Made by a program: the position numbers and the translations under genes | The notes under the pieces: model-generated | Databases searched by the model: none | Seen by the model: only the letters and a program-made list of their open reading frames with translations | Told to the model about the DNA's origin: nothing | Assembly: GCA_026770705.1 (NCBI GenBank) | Contig: JANJGN010000009.1 | Span: 116,622,001-116,686,000 of the forward strand | Reading direction: 5' to 3' | Length of the DNA: 64,000 nucleotides | From: Isurus oxyrinchus | Taxonomy: Eukaryota | In this document: positions 50,001 through 64,000 of the stretch, in pieces | How positions within the stretch are numbered: the first letter of the stretch is position 1 | Layout of the letters: each line of letters starts with the position of its first letter

Positions 50001-53000
50001 GAGACAAAACTGGGAATAGAACAGACACAAAACTAAGAATAGAACAGACACAAAACTGAGAATAGAACAGACACAAAACTGAGAATAGAACGGATACAAA
50101 ACTGAGAATTGAACAGACACAAAACTAGGAATAAAATGGACACAAAACTGAGAATAGAACGGACACAAAAGCGAGAATAGAATGGACACTAAGGTGAGAA
50201 TAGAACAGACACAAAAGCGAGATAAGAACAGAGACGAAAGGGAGAATAGAACGGACACGAAACTGAGAATTGAATGGACACGAAATTGAGAATAAAACAG
50301 ACACAAAAGTGAGAACTGAATGGACACGAAAGCAAGAATAGAATGGACATGAAAGTGAGAATAGAACGGACACAAAAATGAGAATATAACGGACATGAAA
50401 GCAAGAACAGAATGGACACAAAACCAAGAGTAGGACAGACATGAAAGCGAGAATAGAATGGATACAAAACTGAGAATAGAATGGACAGAAAAGTGAGAAT
50501 AGAACAGACACAAAACTGAGAATTGAATGGACACGAAAGAGAGAATAGAACATACACGAAATTGCGAATAAAACGGACACGAAACTGAGAATAAAGTGCA
50601 CATGAAAGAGAACAAAACCAACATGAAAGTGGGAATAGAATGGACACAAAAGGGAGAATTGTACAGACACAAAAGTGAGAATGAGAAAGATGCGAAAGTG
50701 AGAATAGAACAGAGAAAAAACTGAGAATAGAACGGACACGAAACTGAGAATAGAACGGACACAAAACTGAGAATTGAACGGACACAAAACTGAGAATAGA
50801 ACGGACACAAAACTGAGAATTGAACGGACAAGAAACTGAGAATAGAATGGAGACAAAACTGGGAATAGAACGGACACGAAAATGAGAATAGAACGGACAC
50901 AAAACTGAGAATTGAACGGACACAAAACTGAGAATAGAACGGACACAAAACTGAGAATTGAACGGACAAGAAACTGAGAATAGAATGGAGACAAAACTGG
51001 GAATAGAACGGACACGAAAATGAGAATAGAACGGACACAAAACTGAGAATTGAACGGACATGAAACTGAGAAATGAATGGACACGAGAGAATAGAACATA
51101 CACGAAATTGCAAATAGAACAGTCACAAAACTGAGAATAAAGCGCACATGAAAGAGAACAAAATGGACATGAAAGTGGGAATAGAATGGACACAAATAGG
51201 AGAATTGTACAGACACAAAAGTGAGAATGAGAAAGACGTGACAGTGAGAATAGAATGGAGACAAAACTGAGAATTGAATGGACACAAAACTGGGAACAGA
51301 ATGGGCGCAAAACTGAGAATAGAACGGACACAAAACTGAGAATAGAAAGGACACAAAACTGAGATTAGAACAGACACAAAACTAAGCATAGAAAAGACAT
51401 AAGACTGAGAATAGAATGGACAGAAAAGTGAGAATAGAACAGACACAAAACTGAGAATTTAATGGATACAAAAGAGAGAATAGAACATACACAAAATTGA
51501 GAATAGAACAGTCACAAAACTGAGAATAAAGCACACATGAAAGAGAAAAAAATGTACATGAAAGTGGGAAGATAATGGACACAAAAGGGAGAATTGTACA
51601 GACACAAAAGTGAGAATGAAAAAGACGCGAAAGTGAGAATAGAACGGACACAAAACTGAGAATAGAATGCAGACAAAACTGGGGAATAGAACGGACACAA
51701 AACTGAGAATAGAACGGACACAAAACTGAGAATAGAACGGACACGAAACTGAGAATAGAACGGACACGAAACTGAGAATAGAACAGACACTTAACTGAGA
51801 ATAGAACGGACACGAAACTGAGAATTGAACGGACACAAAACTGAGAATAGAACGGACACAAATCTGAGATTAGAACAGACACAAAACTAAGCATAAACAG
51901 ATACCAAACTGAGAATAGAACGGACAAAAAACTGCGAACTGAACGGACACAAAACTGAGAATAGAACGGAGACAAAACTGAGAATTGAATGGACACAAAC
52001 CTGGGAACAGAATGGACGCAAAACTGAGAATAGAACGGACACAAAACTGAGAATAGAACGGACACAAAACTGAGAATAGAACGGACACGAAACCGAGATT
52101 AGAACGGACACAAAACTAAGCATAGAAAAGACATAAAACTGAGAAAAGAATGGACAGAAAAGTGAGAATAGAACAGTCACAAAACTGAGAATTGAATGGA
52201 CACAAAAGAGAGAATAGAACATACAGAAAATTGTGAATAGAAAGGAGACAAAACTGAGAATAAAGCGCACATGAAAGAGAACAAAACGGACATGAAAGTA
52301 GGAATAGAATGGACACAAAAGGGAGAATTGTACAGACACAAAAGTGAGAATGAAAAAGACGCGAAAGTGAGAATAGAACGGAGACAAAACTGAGAATAGA
52401 ACGGAGACAAAACTGGGAATAGAACAGACATAAAACTGAGAATAGAACGGACACAAAACTGAGAATTGAATGGATACAAATCTGAGAATAGAACGGACAC
52501 AAAACTGAGAATAGAACGGACACAAAACTAAGAATAGAACGGACACAAAACTGAGAATAGAACGGACACAAAACTGAGAATAGAACGGACACAAAACTGA
52601 GAATGGAACGGACACAAAACTGAGAATAGAACGGACACAAAACTGAGAATGGAACGGACACAAAACTGAGAATAGAACGGACACAAAACTGAGAATAGAA
52701 CAGACACAAAAGCGAGCATCAAACGGACACTAAAGTGAGAATAGAATGGACACAAAAGGGAGAATAGAACGGACACAAAACTGAGAATTGAACGGACACG
52801 AAATTGAGAATAAAACAGACACAAAAGTGAGAACTGAATGGACATGAAAGCAAGAATAGAATGGACATGAAAGTGAGAATAGAATGGACACAAAAATGAG
52901 AATATAACGGACATGAAAGCGAGAATAGAATGGATACAAAAGTGAGAATAGAATGGACAGAAAAGTGAGAATAGAACAGACACAAAACTGAGAATTGAAT

Positions 53001-56000
53001 GGACACAAAAGTGAGAATAGAACATACACGAAATTGCGAATAAAACGGAATGAAACTGAGAATAAACCGCACATGAAAGAGAACAAAACGGACATGAAAG
53101 TGGGAATAGAATAGACACAAAAGGGAGAATTGTACAGACACAAAAGTGAGAATGAGAAAGACGCAAAAGTGAGAATAGAACGGACACAAAACTGAGAATT
53201 GAACGGACACAAAAGCGAGCATCAAACGGACACTAAAGTGAGAATAGAATGGACACAAAAGCGAGAACAGTACGGACACAAAAGCGAGAATTGAATGGAC
53301 ACTAAGATGAGAATTGAACGGACACTAAAGTGAGAATAGAATGGACACAAAACCGAGAATAGAACGGACACGAAACTGAGAATTGAACGGACACGAAACT
53401 GAGAATAAAACAGACACAAAAGTGGGAAATGAATGGACATGAAAGCTAGAATGGACATGAAAGTGAGAATAGAACGGACACAAAAATGAGAATATAACGG
53501 ACATGAAAGCAAGAACAGAATGGACACAAAACCAAGAGTAGGACAGACATGAAAGCGAGAATAGAATGGATGCAAAAGTGAGAATAGACTGGACAGAAAA
53601 GTGAGAATAGAACGGACACAAAACTGAGAATAGAATGGACACAAAACTGAGAATAGAACAGACACAAAACTGAGAATTGAATGGACACGAGAGAATAGAA
53701 CATACACAAAATTCCAAATAGAACAGTCACAAAACTGAGAATAAAGCGCACATGAAAGAGAACAAAATGGACATGAAAGTGGGAATAGAATAGACACAAA
53801 AGGGAGAATTGTACAGACACAAAAGTGAGAATGAAAAAGACGCGAAATTGAGAATAGAACGGAGACAAAACTGAGAATAGAACAGATACAAAACTGAGAA
53901 TAGAACAGACACGAAATTCAGAATAGAACGGACATGAAATTGAGACTTGAACGGACACAAAACTGAGAATAGAAAGGACACAAAACTGAGAATAGAACGG
54001 ACACAAAACTGAGAAATGAATGGACACGAGAGAATAGAACATACACGAAATTGCAAATAGAACAGTCACAAAACTGAGAATAAAGCGCACATGAAAGAGA
54101 ACAAAACGGACAAGAAAGTGGGAATAAAATGGACACAAAAGGGAGAATTGTACAGACACAAAAGTGAGAATGAGAAAGACGCGAAAGTGAGAATAGAACG
54201 GAGACAAAACTGAGAATAGAACGGAGACAAAACTAGGAATAGAACAGACATGAAACTGAGAATTGAACGGACACAAAACTGTGAATAGCACGGACCCAAA
54301 ACTGAGAATAGAACAGACACAAAACTGAAAATTGAATGGACACAAAACTGAGAATTGAACGGACACAAATTTGGGAATAAAATGGTCACAAAACTGAGAA
54401 TTGAATGGACACAAAAGCGAGCATAGAACAGACACTAAAGTGAGAAATAGAATGGACACAAAAGCGAGAACAGAACGGACACAAAAGCGAGAATAGAATG
54501 GACACTAAGGTGAGAATAGTACAGACACTAAAGTGAGAATAGAACGGACACAAAACTGAGAATTGAATGGACACAAACCTGGGAACAGAATGGGCGCAAA
54601 ACTGAGAATAGAACGGACACAAAAGTGAGAATAGAATGGACACAAAACTGAGATTAGAACGGACACAAAACTAAGCATAGAAAAGACATAAGACTGAGAA
54701 TAGAATGGACAGAAAAGTGAGAAAAGAACAGACACAAAACTGAGAATTGAATGGATACAAAAGAGAGAATAGAACATACACAAAATTGAGAATAGAACGG
54801 ACACAAAACTGAGAATAAAGCACACATGAAAGAGAAAAAAATGTACATGAAAGTGGGAAGATAATGGACACAAAAGGGAGAATTGTACAGACACAAAAGT
54901 GAGAATGAAAAAGATGCGAAAGTGAGAATAGAACGGAGACAAAACTGAGAATAGAACGGACACAAAACTGACAATAGATCGGACACGAAACTGAGAATAG
55001 AATGGACATAAAACTGAGAATTGAACAGACACAAAACTGAGAATAGAATGGACATGAAACTGAGATTAGAATGGACATGAAACTGAGATTAGAACGGATA
55101 CAAAACTAAGCATAGAACAGACACAAAACTGAGAATAGAATGGACAGAAAAGTGAGAATAGAACAGACACAAAATTGCGAATAGAACGGACACGAACCTG
55201 AGGATAAAGCACACATGAAAGAGAACAAAACGGACACGAAAGTGGGTATAGAATGGACACAAAAGGGAGAATTGTGCAGACACAAAAGTGAGAATGAGAA
55301 AGACGTGATATTGAGAATAGAACGGAGACAAAACTGAGAATAGAATGGAGACAAAACTGGGAATAGGATGGACACGAAACTGAGAATAGAACAGACACGA
55401 TACTGAGAATAGAATGGATACAAAATTGAGAATTGAACGGACACAAAACTGACAATAGAACGAAAACGAAACTGAGATTAGAACGGACACAAAACTAAGC
55501 ATAGAACAGACACAAAACTGAGATTAGAACGGACACAAAACTAAGCATAGAACAGACACAAAACTGAGAATTGAATGGACATGAAAGAGAGAATAGAACA
55601 TACACAAAATTGCGAATAGAATGGACACAAAACTGAGAATAAAGCGCACATGAAACAGAACGAAATGGACATGAAAGTAGGAATAGAATGGACACAAAAG
55701 GGAGAATTGTACAGACACAAAAGTGAGAATGAGAAAGATGCGAAAGTGAGGATAGAACAGAGACAAAACTGAGAATAGAATGAAGACAAAACTGGGAATA
55801 GAACGGACACAAAACTGAGAATAGAACAGACAAGAAACTGAGAATAGAACAGACACTAAACTGAGAATAGAACGGACACGAAACTGATAATTGAACGGAC
55901 ACAAAACTGAGAATAGAACGGACACAAATCTCAGATTAGAACAGGCACAAAACTAAGCATAGAACAGATACCAAACTGAGAATAGAACGGACACAAAACT

Positions 56001-59000
56001 GAGAATTGAACGGACACAAAACAGAATAGAACGGACACAAAACTGAGAATACAACGGACACAAAACTAAGCATAGAACAGACACAAAACTGAGAATTGAA
56101 TGGACACAAAAGCGAGAATAGAACGGACACTAAAGTGAGAATAGGATTGACACAAAAGCAAGAACACAATGCTCCAAAGCGAGAATAGAATGCGAGAATA
56201 AAGCGCACATGTAAGAGAACAAAATGGACACGAAAGTGGGAATAGAATGGACACAAAACTGAGAATAGAACGGACACAAAAGGGAGAATTGAACGGACAC
56301 AAAACTGAGAATTCAACAGACACAAAACTGGGAATAAAATGGACACAAAGCTAAGAATTGAATGGACACAAAACTGAGAATAGAACGGACATGAAACTGA
56401 GATTAGAATGGACACGAAACTGAGAATTGAACGGACACAAAACTGAGAGTAGAACGTACATGAAACTGAGATTAGAACGGACACAAAACTAAGCATAGAA
56501 CAGACACAAAACTAAGAATAGAATGGACAGAAAAGTGAGAATAGAACAGACACGAAATTGCGAATAGAACGGACACGAAACTGAGAATAAAGCGCACATG
56601 AAACAGAACGAAATGGACATGAAAATAGGAATAGAATGGACACAAAAGGGAGAATTGTACAGACACAAAAGTGAGAATGAGAAAGACGTGAAAGTAAGGA
56701 TAGAACGGAGACAAAACTGAGAATAGAATGAAGACAAAACTGGGAATAGAACAGACACAAAACTGAGAATAGAACAGACACGAAACTGATAATTGAACGG
56801 ACACAAAACTGAGAATAGAACGTACACAAATCTCAGATTAGAACAGGCACAAAACTAAGCATAGAACAGATACCAAACTGAGAATAGAACGGACACAAAA
56901 CTGAGAACTGAATGGACACAAAACTGAGAATTCAATGGACACAAAACTGGGAACAGAATGGATGCAAAACTGAGAATCGAACGGACACAAAAGTGAGAAT
57001 AGAATGGACACGAAACTGAGAATGGAACGGACACAAAACTAAGCATAGAAAAGACATAAAACTGAGAATAGAATGGACAGAAAAGTGAGAATAGAACAGA
57101 CACAAAACTGAGAATTGAATGGACACAAAAGAGAGAATTGAACATACAGGAAATTGCAAATAGAACGGACACAAAACTAAGAATAAAGCGCACATGAAAG
57201 AGAACAAAATGGACATGAAAGTGGGAATAGAATGGACACAAAAGGGAGAATTGTACAGACACAAAAGTGAGAATGAGAATGATGCAAAAGTGAGAATAGA
57301 ACGGAGACAAAACTTGGAATAGAATGGAGACAAAACTGGGAATAGAACGGACACAAAATTGAGAATAGAACAGAACGAAACTGAGATTTGAACGGACACA
57401 AAACTAAGCATAGAACATACACAAAACTGAGAATAGAATGGTCAGAAAAGTGAGAATAGAACAGACACAAAACTGAGAATAGAATGGTCAGAAAAGTGAG
57501 AATAGAACAGACACAAAATTGCGAAAAGAACAGACATGAAACTGAGGATAAAGCACACATGAAAGAGAACAAAACGGACACGAAAGTGGGTATAGAATGG
57601 ACACAAAAGGGAGAATTGTGCAGACACAAAAGTGAGAATGAGAAAGACGCGAAAGTGAGAATAGAATGGAGACAAAACTGGGAATAGAATGGACACAAAA
57701 TTGGGAATAGAATGGACACAAAACTGAGATTAGAACGGACACAAAACTGAGAATTGAATGGACACAAAAGAGAGAATAGAACATACACAAAATTGTGAAT
57801 AGAACGGACACAAAACTGAGAACAAACCGCACCTGAAAGAGAACAAAATGGACATGAAAGTGGGAATAGAATGGACACAAAAGGGAGAATTGTACAGACA
57901 CAAAAGTGAGAATGAGCAAGACGCGAAAGTGAGAATAGAACGGAGACAAAACTGAGAATAGAACGGACACAAAACTGAGAATAGAACAGACACAAAACTG
58001 AGAATAGAACGGACACAAAACTGAGAATTGAACGGACACAAAACTGAGAATAGAACGGACACAAAACTGAGAATTGAATAGACACAAACCTGGGAACAGA
58101 ATGGAAACAAAACTGAGAATAGAATGGACACAAAACTGATAATGGAACGGAGACAAAGCTGAGAATAGAACAGACATGAAAGTGTGAGTGAATGGACATA
58201 AAAGTCAGAGTATAATGGACACAAGACTGAGAATTGAACAGACAGAAAAGTGAACATAGAACTGACATGATAGGATACAATGGACATGAAACTGAGAATA
58301 GAATGGATGCGAAAGAGAGAACAGAACAGACACAAAAGTAGAATAGATAATCATCGATAATAATAGAGAATAGTGAGGATACAATGGACACGAAAGTAAG
58401 AAAAGAATGGACACAGAACTGAGAATAGAATGGACACAAAACTGAAATTTGAACAGGCAGGAAAGTAAGAATAGAACGGACATGAAACTGAAATTTCAAC
58501 AGGCAGGAAAGTGAGAATAGAACGGAAATGAAGCTGAGAACAGGATGGACACGAAACTGAGAATAGAACGGAGTCAAAACTGAGAATAGAGTGGACACTA
58601 AAGTGCGAATAGAACGGAGAGAAATCTGAAAATAGTATGGACACAAAACTGAGAATTGAACAGGCATGACAGTGAGAGTAGAATGGACACAAGACTGAGA
58701 ATAGAATAGAGACAAAACTGAGAATAGAGTGGATACAAAACTGAGAATCAAATGGAAATCAAGAGAGAATACAACAGGCACGAAAGGGAGAACGGTACGG
58801 ACATGAAAGTGAGAATAGAACAGACACCAAACTGAAAATTGAACAGGCACGAAAATGAGAATAGACAGGAAAAGAACCTGAGAACAGAACAAACACAAAA
58901 CTGAGAATAGAACGGACATGAAACTGCGAATAGAATGGACACAAAACTTTGAAGAGACGGGACACAAAACTGAGAATAGGCTGGACACAAAACTGAGAAT

Positions 59001-62000
59001 AGAAAGGACATGAACATGAGAATAGAACGGACACAAAACTGAGAATAGGAAGAGCCAAAACTGAGAATAGAACGGAGACAAAACTAAGAATCGAACAGAA
59101 ATCAAGAGAGAATAGAATAGACAGGAAAGCGAGAATGGTACGGACATGAAAGTGAGAATAAAACGGAGACAAAACTAAGAAAACAGACACAAAAGTAAGA
59201 ATAGAACAGAAATCAAGAGAGAATAGAACAGACATGAAAGCGAGCATGGTATGGACATGAAAGTGAGAATAGAACGGACACAATACTGAGGATACAACAG
59301 ACATGCAAGTAAGAATAGAACAGACACAGAACTGAGAATAGAAAGGATACAAAACTGAAAGCTGAACAGGCATGAACGTGAGAATAGAACGGAAAAGAAG
59401 CTGAGAACAGAACGGACACAAAACTGAGAACAGAACGGACACAAAACTGAGAATAGAATGGAGACAAAACTGAGAATCGAACGGAAATCAAGAGAGAATA
59501 GAACAGATACGAAAGTGAGAATGGTGCGGACATGAAACTGAGAATAGAATGGACACAAAACTGAGAACAGAATGGACACAAAACTGAGAACAGAATGGAC
59601 ACAAAACTGAGAACAGAATGGACACGATACTGAGATTGGATGGAGACAAAGCTGAGAATAGAATGGACACAAAACTGAGAATAGAACAGACATGAAAGTG
59701 AGAGTAGAAAGGACATGAAAGTCTGAGTAGAATAGACACAAGACTGAGAATTGAACAGAGCATAAAAGTGAGGCACAAAACTGAGAAAAGAAAAGACACA
59801 AATCTGAGAATAGAATGAACACAAAACTGCGAATAGAATGGACAAAAAACGGAAAATAAAAGAACACGAAACTGAATAGAATGCTAACGAAACTGAGACA
59901 AAACTGTTAATGGAACAGAGACAAAACCGAGAATAAAATGGACACGAAAGTGAGAATAGAACAGAGACAAAACTGAGAATAGAATGGACATGAAAGTGAG
60001 AATAGAAGAGACACAAAACTGAGAAAAGAGCAGACATGAAAGTGAGAGTAGAAAGGACATGAAAGTCTGAGTAGAATAGACACAAGACTGAGAATTGAAC
60101 AGACATAAAAGTGAGCATAGAACTGACATGATAGTGAGGATACAATGGACATGAAACTGAGAATAGAACGGATACGAAAGTGAGAACAGAACAGAGACAA
60201 AAATAGAAAAGATAATCATCGATAATAATAGAGAATAGTGAGGATACAACAGACACAAAATATAAGAATAGAGCGGACACAGAACTGAGAATAGAAAGGA
60301 CATAAAACTGAAAATTGAAACCGGCAGGAAAGTGAGAACAGGAAGGACACGAAACTGAGAATTGAACGGAAATCAAGAGATAATAGAACAGACACGAAAG
60401 CGAGAATGTTACGGACATGGAAGTGAGAATAGAACAGGTACAAAACTGAGAAAAGAAGAGACACAAATCTGAGAATAGAACGAACACAAAACTACGAATA
60501 GAATGGACAAAAAACGGAAAATAAAAGAACACGAAACTGAGAATATAACGGACGCAAAACCGAATAGAATGCTAATGAAACTGAGAATAGAACGGAGACA
60601 AAACTGTGAATAGAACAGAGACAAAACCGAGAATAAAATGGACATGAAAGTGAGAATAGAACAGAGACAAAACCGAGAATAAAATGGACATGAAAGTGAG
60701 AATAGAACAGAGACAAAACCGAGAATAAAATGGACATGAAAGTGAGAATAGAACAGAGACAAAACCGAGAATAAAATGGACATGAAAGTGAGAATAGAAC
60801 AGAGACAAAACCGAGAATAAAATGGACATGAAAGTGAGAATAGAACAGAGACAAAACCGAGAATAAAATGGACATGAAAGTGAGAATAGAACAGACACAA
60901 AAGTAGAATAGATAATAATCGAGTATAATAGACAATAGTGAGGATACAACAGGCATGAAAGTGAGAATAGAACGGACGCAAGACTGAGAATAGAATGGAG
61001 ACAAAACTGAGAATAGAATGGATACAAAACTGAGAATCGAACGGAAATCAAGATAGAATACAACAGACATGAAAGCAAGAATGGTACGGACATGAAAGTG
61101 AGAACAGAACGGATAGAAAATTGAAAATTGAACAGGCACGAAAGTGAGAATAGAACGGACACAAAACTGAGAATAGAAAGGACACAAAACTGAAACTTGA
61201 ACAGGCATGAAAGTGAGAATAGAATGGAAAAGAACTTGAGAACAGAACGGACACAAAACTGCGAACAGAACGGACACAAAACTGCGAATAGAATGGACAC
61301 AAAACTGAGAATAGAACGGACAGAAAACTGAAAATAGAATGGACACAAAACTGAGAATAGAATGGACACAAAACTGAGAATAGAATGGACACAAAATTGA
61401 GAATAGAAAGGACACAAAACTGAAACTTGAACAGGCATGAAAGTGAGAATAGAATGGAAAAGAACTTGAGAACAGAACGGACACAAAATTGCGAATAGAA
61501 TGGACACAAAACTGTGAATAGACAGGACACAAAACTGAGAATAGGCATTTACAAAAACTGAGAATAGAAAGGACACAAAACTGAGAATAGAACGGACAGA
61601 AAACTGCAAATAGAATGGACACAAAACTGAGAATAGAATGGACACAAAACTGAGAATAGAATGGACACAAAACTGAGAATAGAACGGACAGAAAACTGCA
61701 AATAGAATGGACACAAAACTGAGAATAGAACGGACAGAAAACTGCAAATAGAATGGACACAAAACTGAGAATAGAATGGACACAAAACTGAGAATAGAAT
61801 GGACACAAAACTGAGAATAGAACGGAGACAAAACTGAGAATACAGTGGATACAAAACTGAAAAGCAAATGGAAATCAAGAGAGAATGGAACAGACACGAA
61901 AATGAAAATGGTACAGACATGAAAGTGAGAATAGAATGGACACAGAACTGAGAATTGAAAGGAAACAAAACTGAAAATTGAACAGGCATGAAAGTGAGAA

Positions 62001-64000
62001 TAGAACGGAAAAGAACCTGAGAACAGAACGGACACAAAACTGAGAATCGAACTGGCATGAAACAGTCGATACAATGTACACCAAACTGCGAATAGACAGG
62101 ACACAAAACTGAGAATAGAACAGACACAAAAGTGAGAATGGTGCGGACACGTAAGTGTGAATAGAATGGAGACAAAACTGAGAATAGAACGGAGTCAAAA
62201 CTGACAATAGAGTGGATACAAAACTGAGAATAGAATGGACACAAAACTGAGAATAGAATGGACACAAAACTGACAACATAACGGACACGAAACTGAGAAT
62301 ATAACGGACACAAAACTGAGAATAGAACGGACACGAAAGTGAGAATATAACGGACACAAAACTGAGAATAAAACAGACATGAAAGTGAGAGTAGAAGGGA
62401 CATGAAAGTCACAGTAGAATGGACACAGGACTGAGAGTTGAACAGACATAAAAGTGAGCATAGAACTGACATGATAGTGAGGATACAACGGACATGAAAC
62501 CGAGAATAAAACGGATACGAAAGAGAGAACAGAACAGACACAAAAATAGAAAAGATAATCATCATCAATAATAGACAATACTGAGGATACAACAGATAGA
62601 AAAGTGAGAATAGTACGGATACAAGAGTGAGAAAAGGACGGACACGAAACTGAGAATAGAGTGGATACAAAATTGACAATCGAATGGAAATCAAGACGCG
62701 AACAGACACGAAAGTGAGAATGGTACGGACATGAAAGTGCAAATAGAATGGACACAAAACTGAAAATTGAACAGGCACGAAAGTGAGAATAGAACAGACA
62801 CAAAACGGAGAATAGAAAAGACACAAAACTGAGAATAGAACAGACAAAAAACTGAGAATAGAACAGACACAAAAGTGAGAATAGAACAGACACAAAAGTG
62901 AGAATGGTGCGGACACGTAAGTGTGAATAGAGTGGATACAAAACTGAGAATAGAATGGACACAAAACTGAGAATAGAATGGACACAAAACTGAAAACAAA
63001 ATGGACACGAAACTGAGAATATAACGGACACAAAACTGAGAATAGAACAGACATGACAGTGAAAGTAGAATGGACATGAAAGTCACAGTAGAATGGACAC
63101 AAGATTGAAAATTGAACAGACATAAAAGTGAGCATAGAGCTGACCTGATAGTAAGGATACAACGGACATCAAACTGAGAATAGAACAGATACAAAAGAGA
63201 GAACAGAACAGACTCAAATGCAGAATAGATAATAATCGTGTATAATAGAGAATAGTAAGGATACAACAGATATGAAAGTAAGAATAGAACAGACACGAAA
63301 CTGAGAATAGAAAGGACACAAAACTGAAAATTGATCAGGCACAAAAGTGAGAATAGAACGGACACAAAACTGTGAATAGTTAGGACACAAAACTGAGAAC
63401 AGAACGGACAAAAAATGAGAATTGAACGGAAATCAAGAGAGAATAGAACAGACACGATAGTGAGAATGGTACGGACATGAAAGTGAGACTAGAATGGACA
63501 GAAAATTGACAATAGAACAGACACAAATGTGGGAATGATACGGACACAAAAGTGAGAATAGAATGGAGATAAAACTGGGAATAGAACTGATTCAAAACTG
63601 AGAACAGAATGGACACAAAACTCAGAACAGAACAGACATGAAACTGAGAATATAATGATTACAAAACTGAGATCGGATGGAGACAAATCTAAGAATAGAA
63701 TGGACACAAAACTGCGAATAGAATGGACACAAAGCTGTGAATAGACCGGACACAAAACTGAGAAAAGGCTGGACACAAAGCTGAGGATAGAAAGATATGA
63801 AACTGAGAATAGAACGGACACTAAAATGGGAATAGAAGGGAGACAAAGCTGAGAATATAGTGGACACAAAACTGAAAAACAAACAGAAATCAAAAGAGAA
63901 TAGAACAGACACGAAACTGAAAATGGTACGGACATGAATGTGAGAATAGAACAGACACAAAACTGAGGATACAGCAGACACGAAAGTAAGAATAGAATGG
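47090..64000. repeat. 23-bp satellite array (>700 monomers, runs off the window) with higher-order structure
   Basis: Consensus GAGAATAGAACGGACACAAAACT; 23-aa periodicity in all minus-strand frames. Confidence 0.97.

Noticed and set aside
47198-63981. Many long (up to 656 aa) minus-strand ORFs rich in C/F/S/V
   Set aside because: The antisense 23-mer has no stop in any frame and all three frames give the same periodic peptide, so this is a satellite artefact.

Overview
Repeat-rich, gene-poor eukaryotic DNA. The repeat complement (HE1-like and SacSINE1/DeuSINE-like SINEs, many CR1 LINEs, Penelope-like elements, PIF/Harbinger MITEs, solo LTRs) points to a cartilaginous fish (elasmobranch). The only host gene signal is one coding exon missed by the ORF track: 9069-9179 (+), MMTTGQEQQGTEKEAQAAELERDAEDLTPNRDRGVLK followed by a GT donor, which matches the first coding exon of FKBP5 (FKBP51). 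It sits in a GC-box promoter with a cluster of NF-kB-type sites. No second exon was found, so the remaining ~55 kb is probably intron. That region holds a TSD-flanked partial-tandem Penelope element with a decayed RT/GIY-YIG ORF and minimal hammerhead ribozyme motifs with an unusual CUGUCGA core, a ~1.35-kb fold-back structure, a solo LTR ending in three tandem U5+tRNA-Pro PBS-like units, a 35-bp minisatellite in a CR1 5' region, and a 23-bp satellite of at least 17 kb with higher-order structure. A decayed Harbinger transposase lies near the window start. The long C/F/S/V-rich ORFs are satellite artefacts. All calls were made by eye, repeat boundaries are approximate, and I cannot demonstrate a new biological system; the findings are leads.
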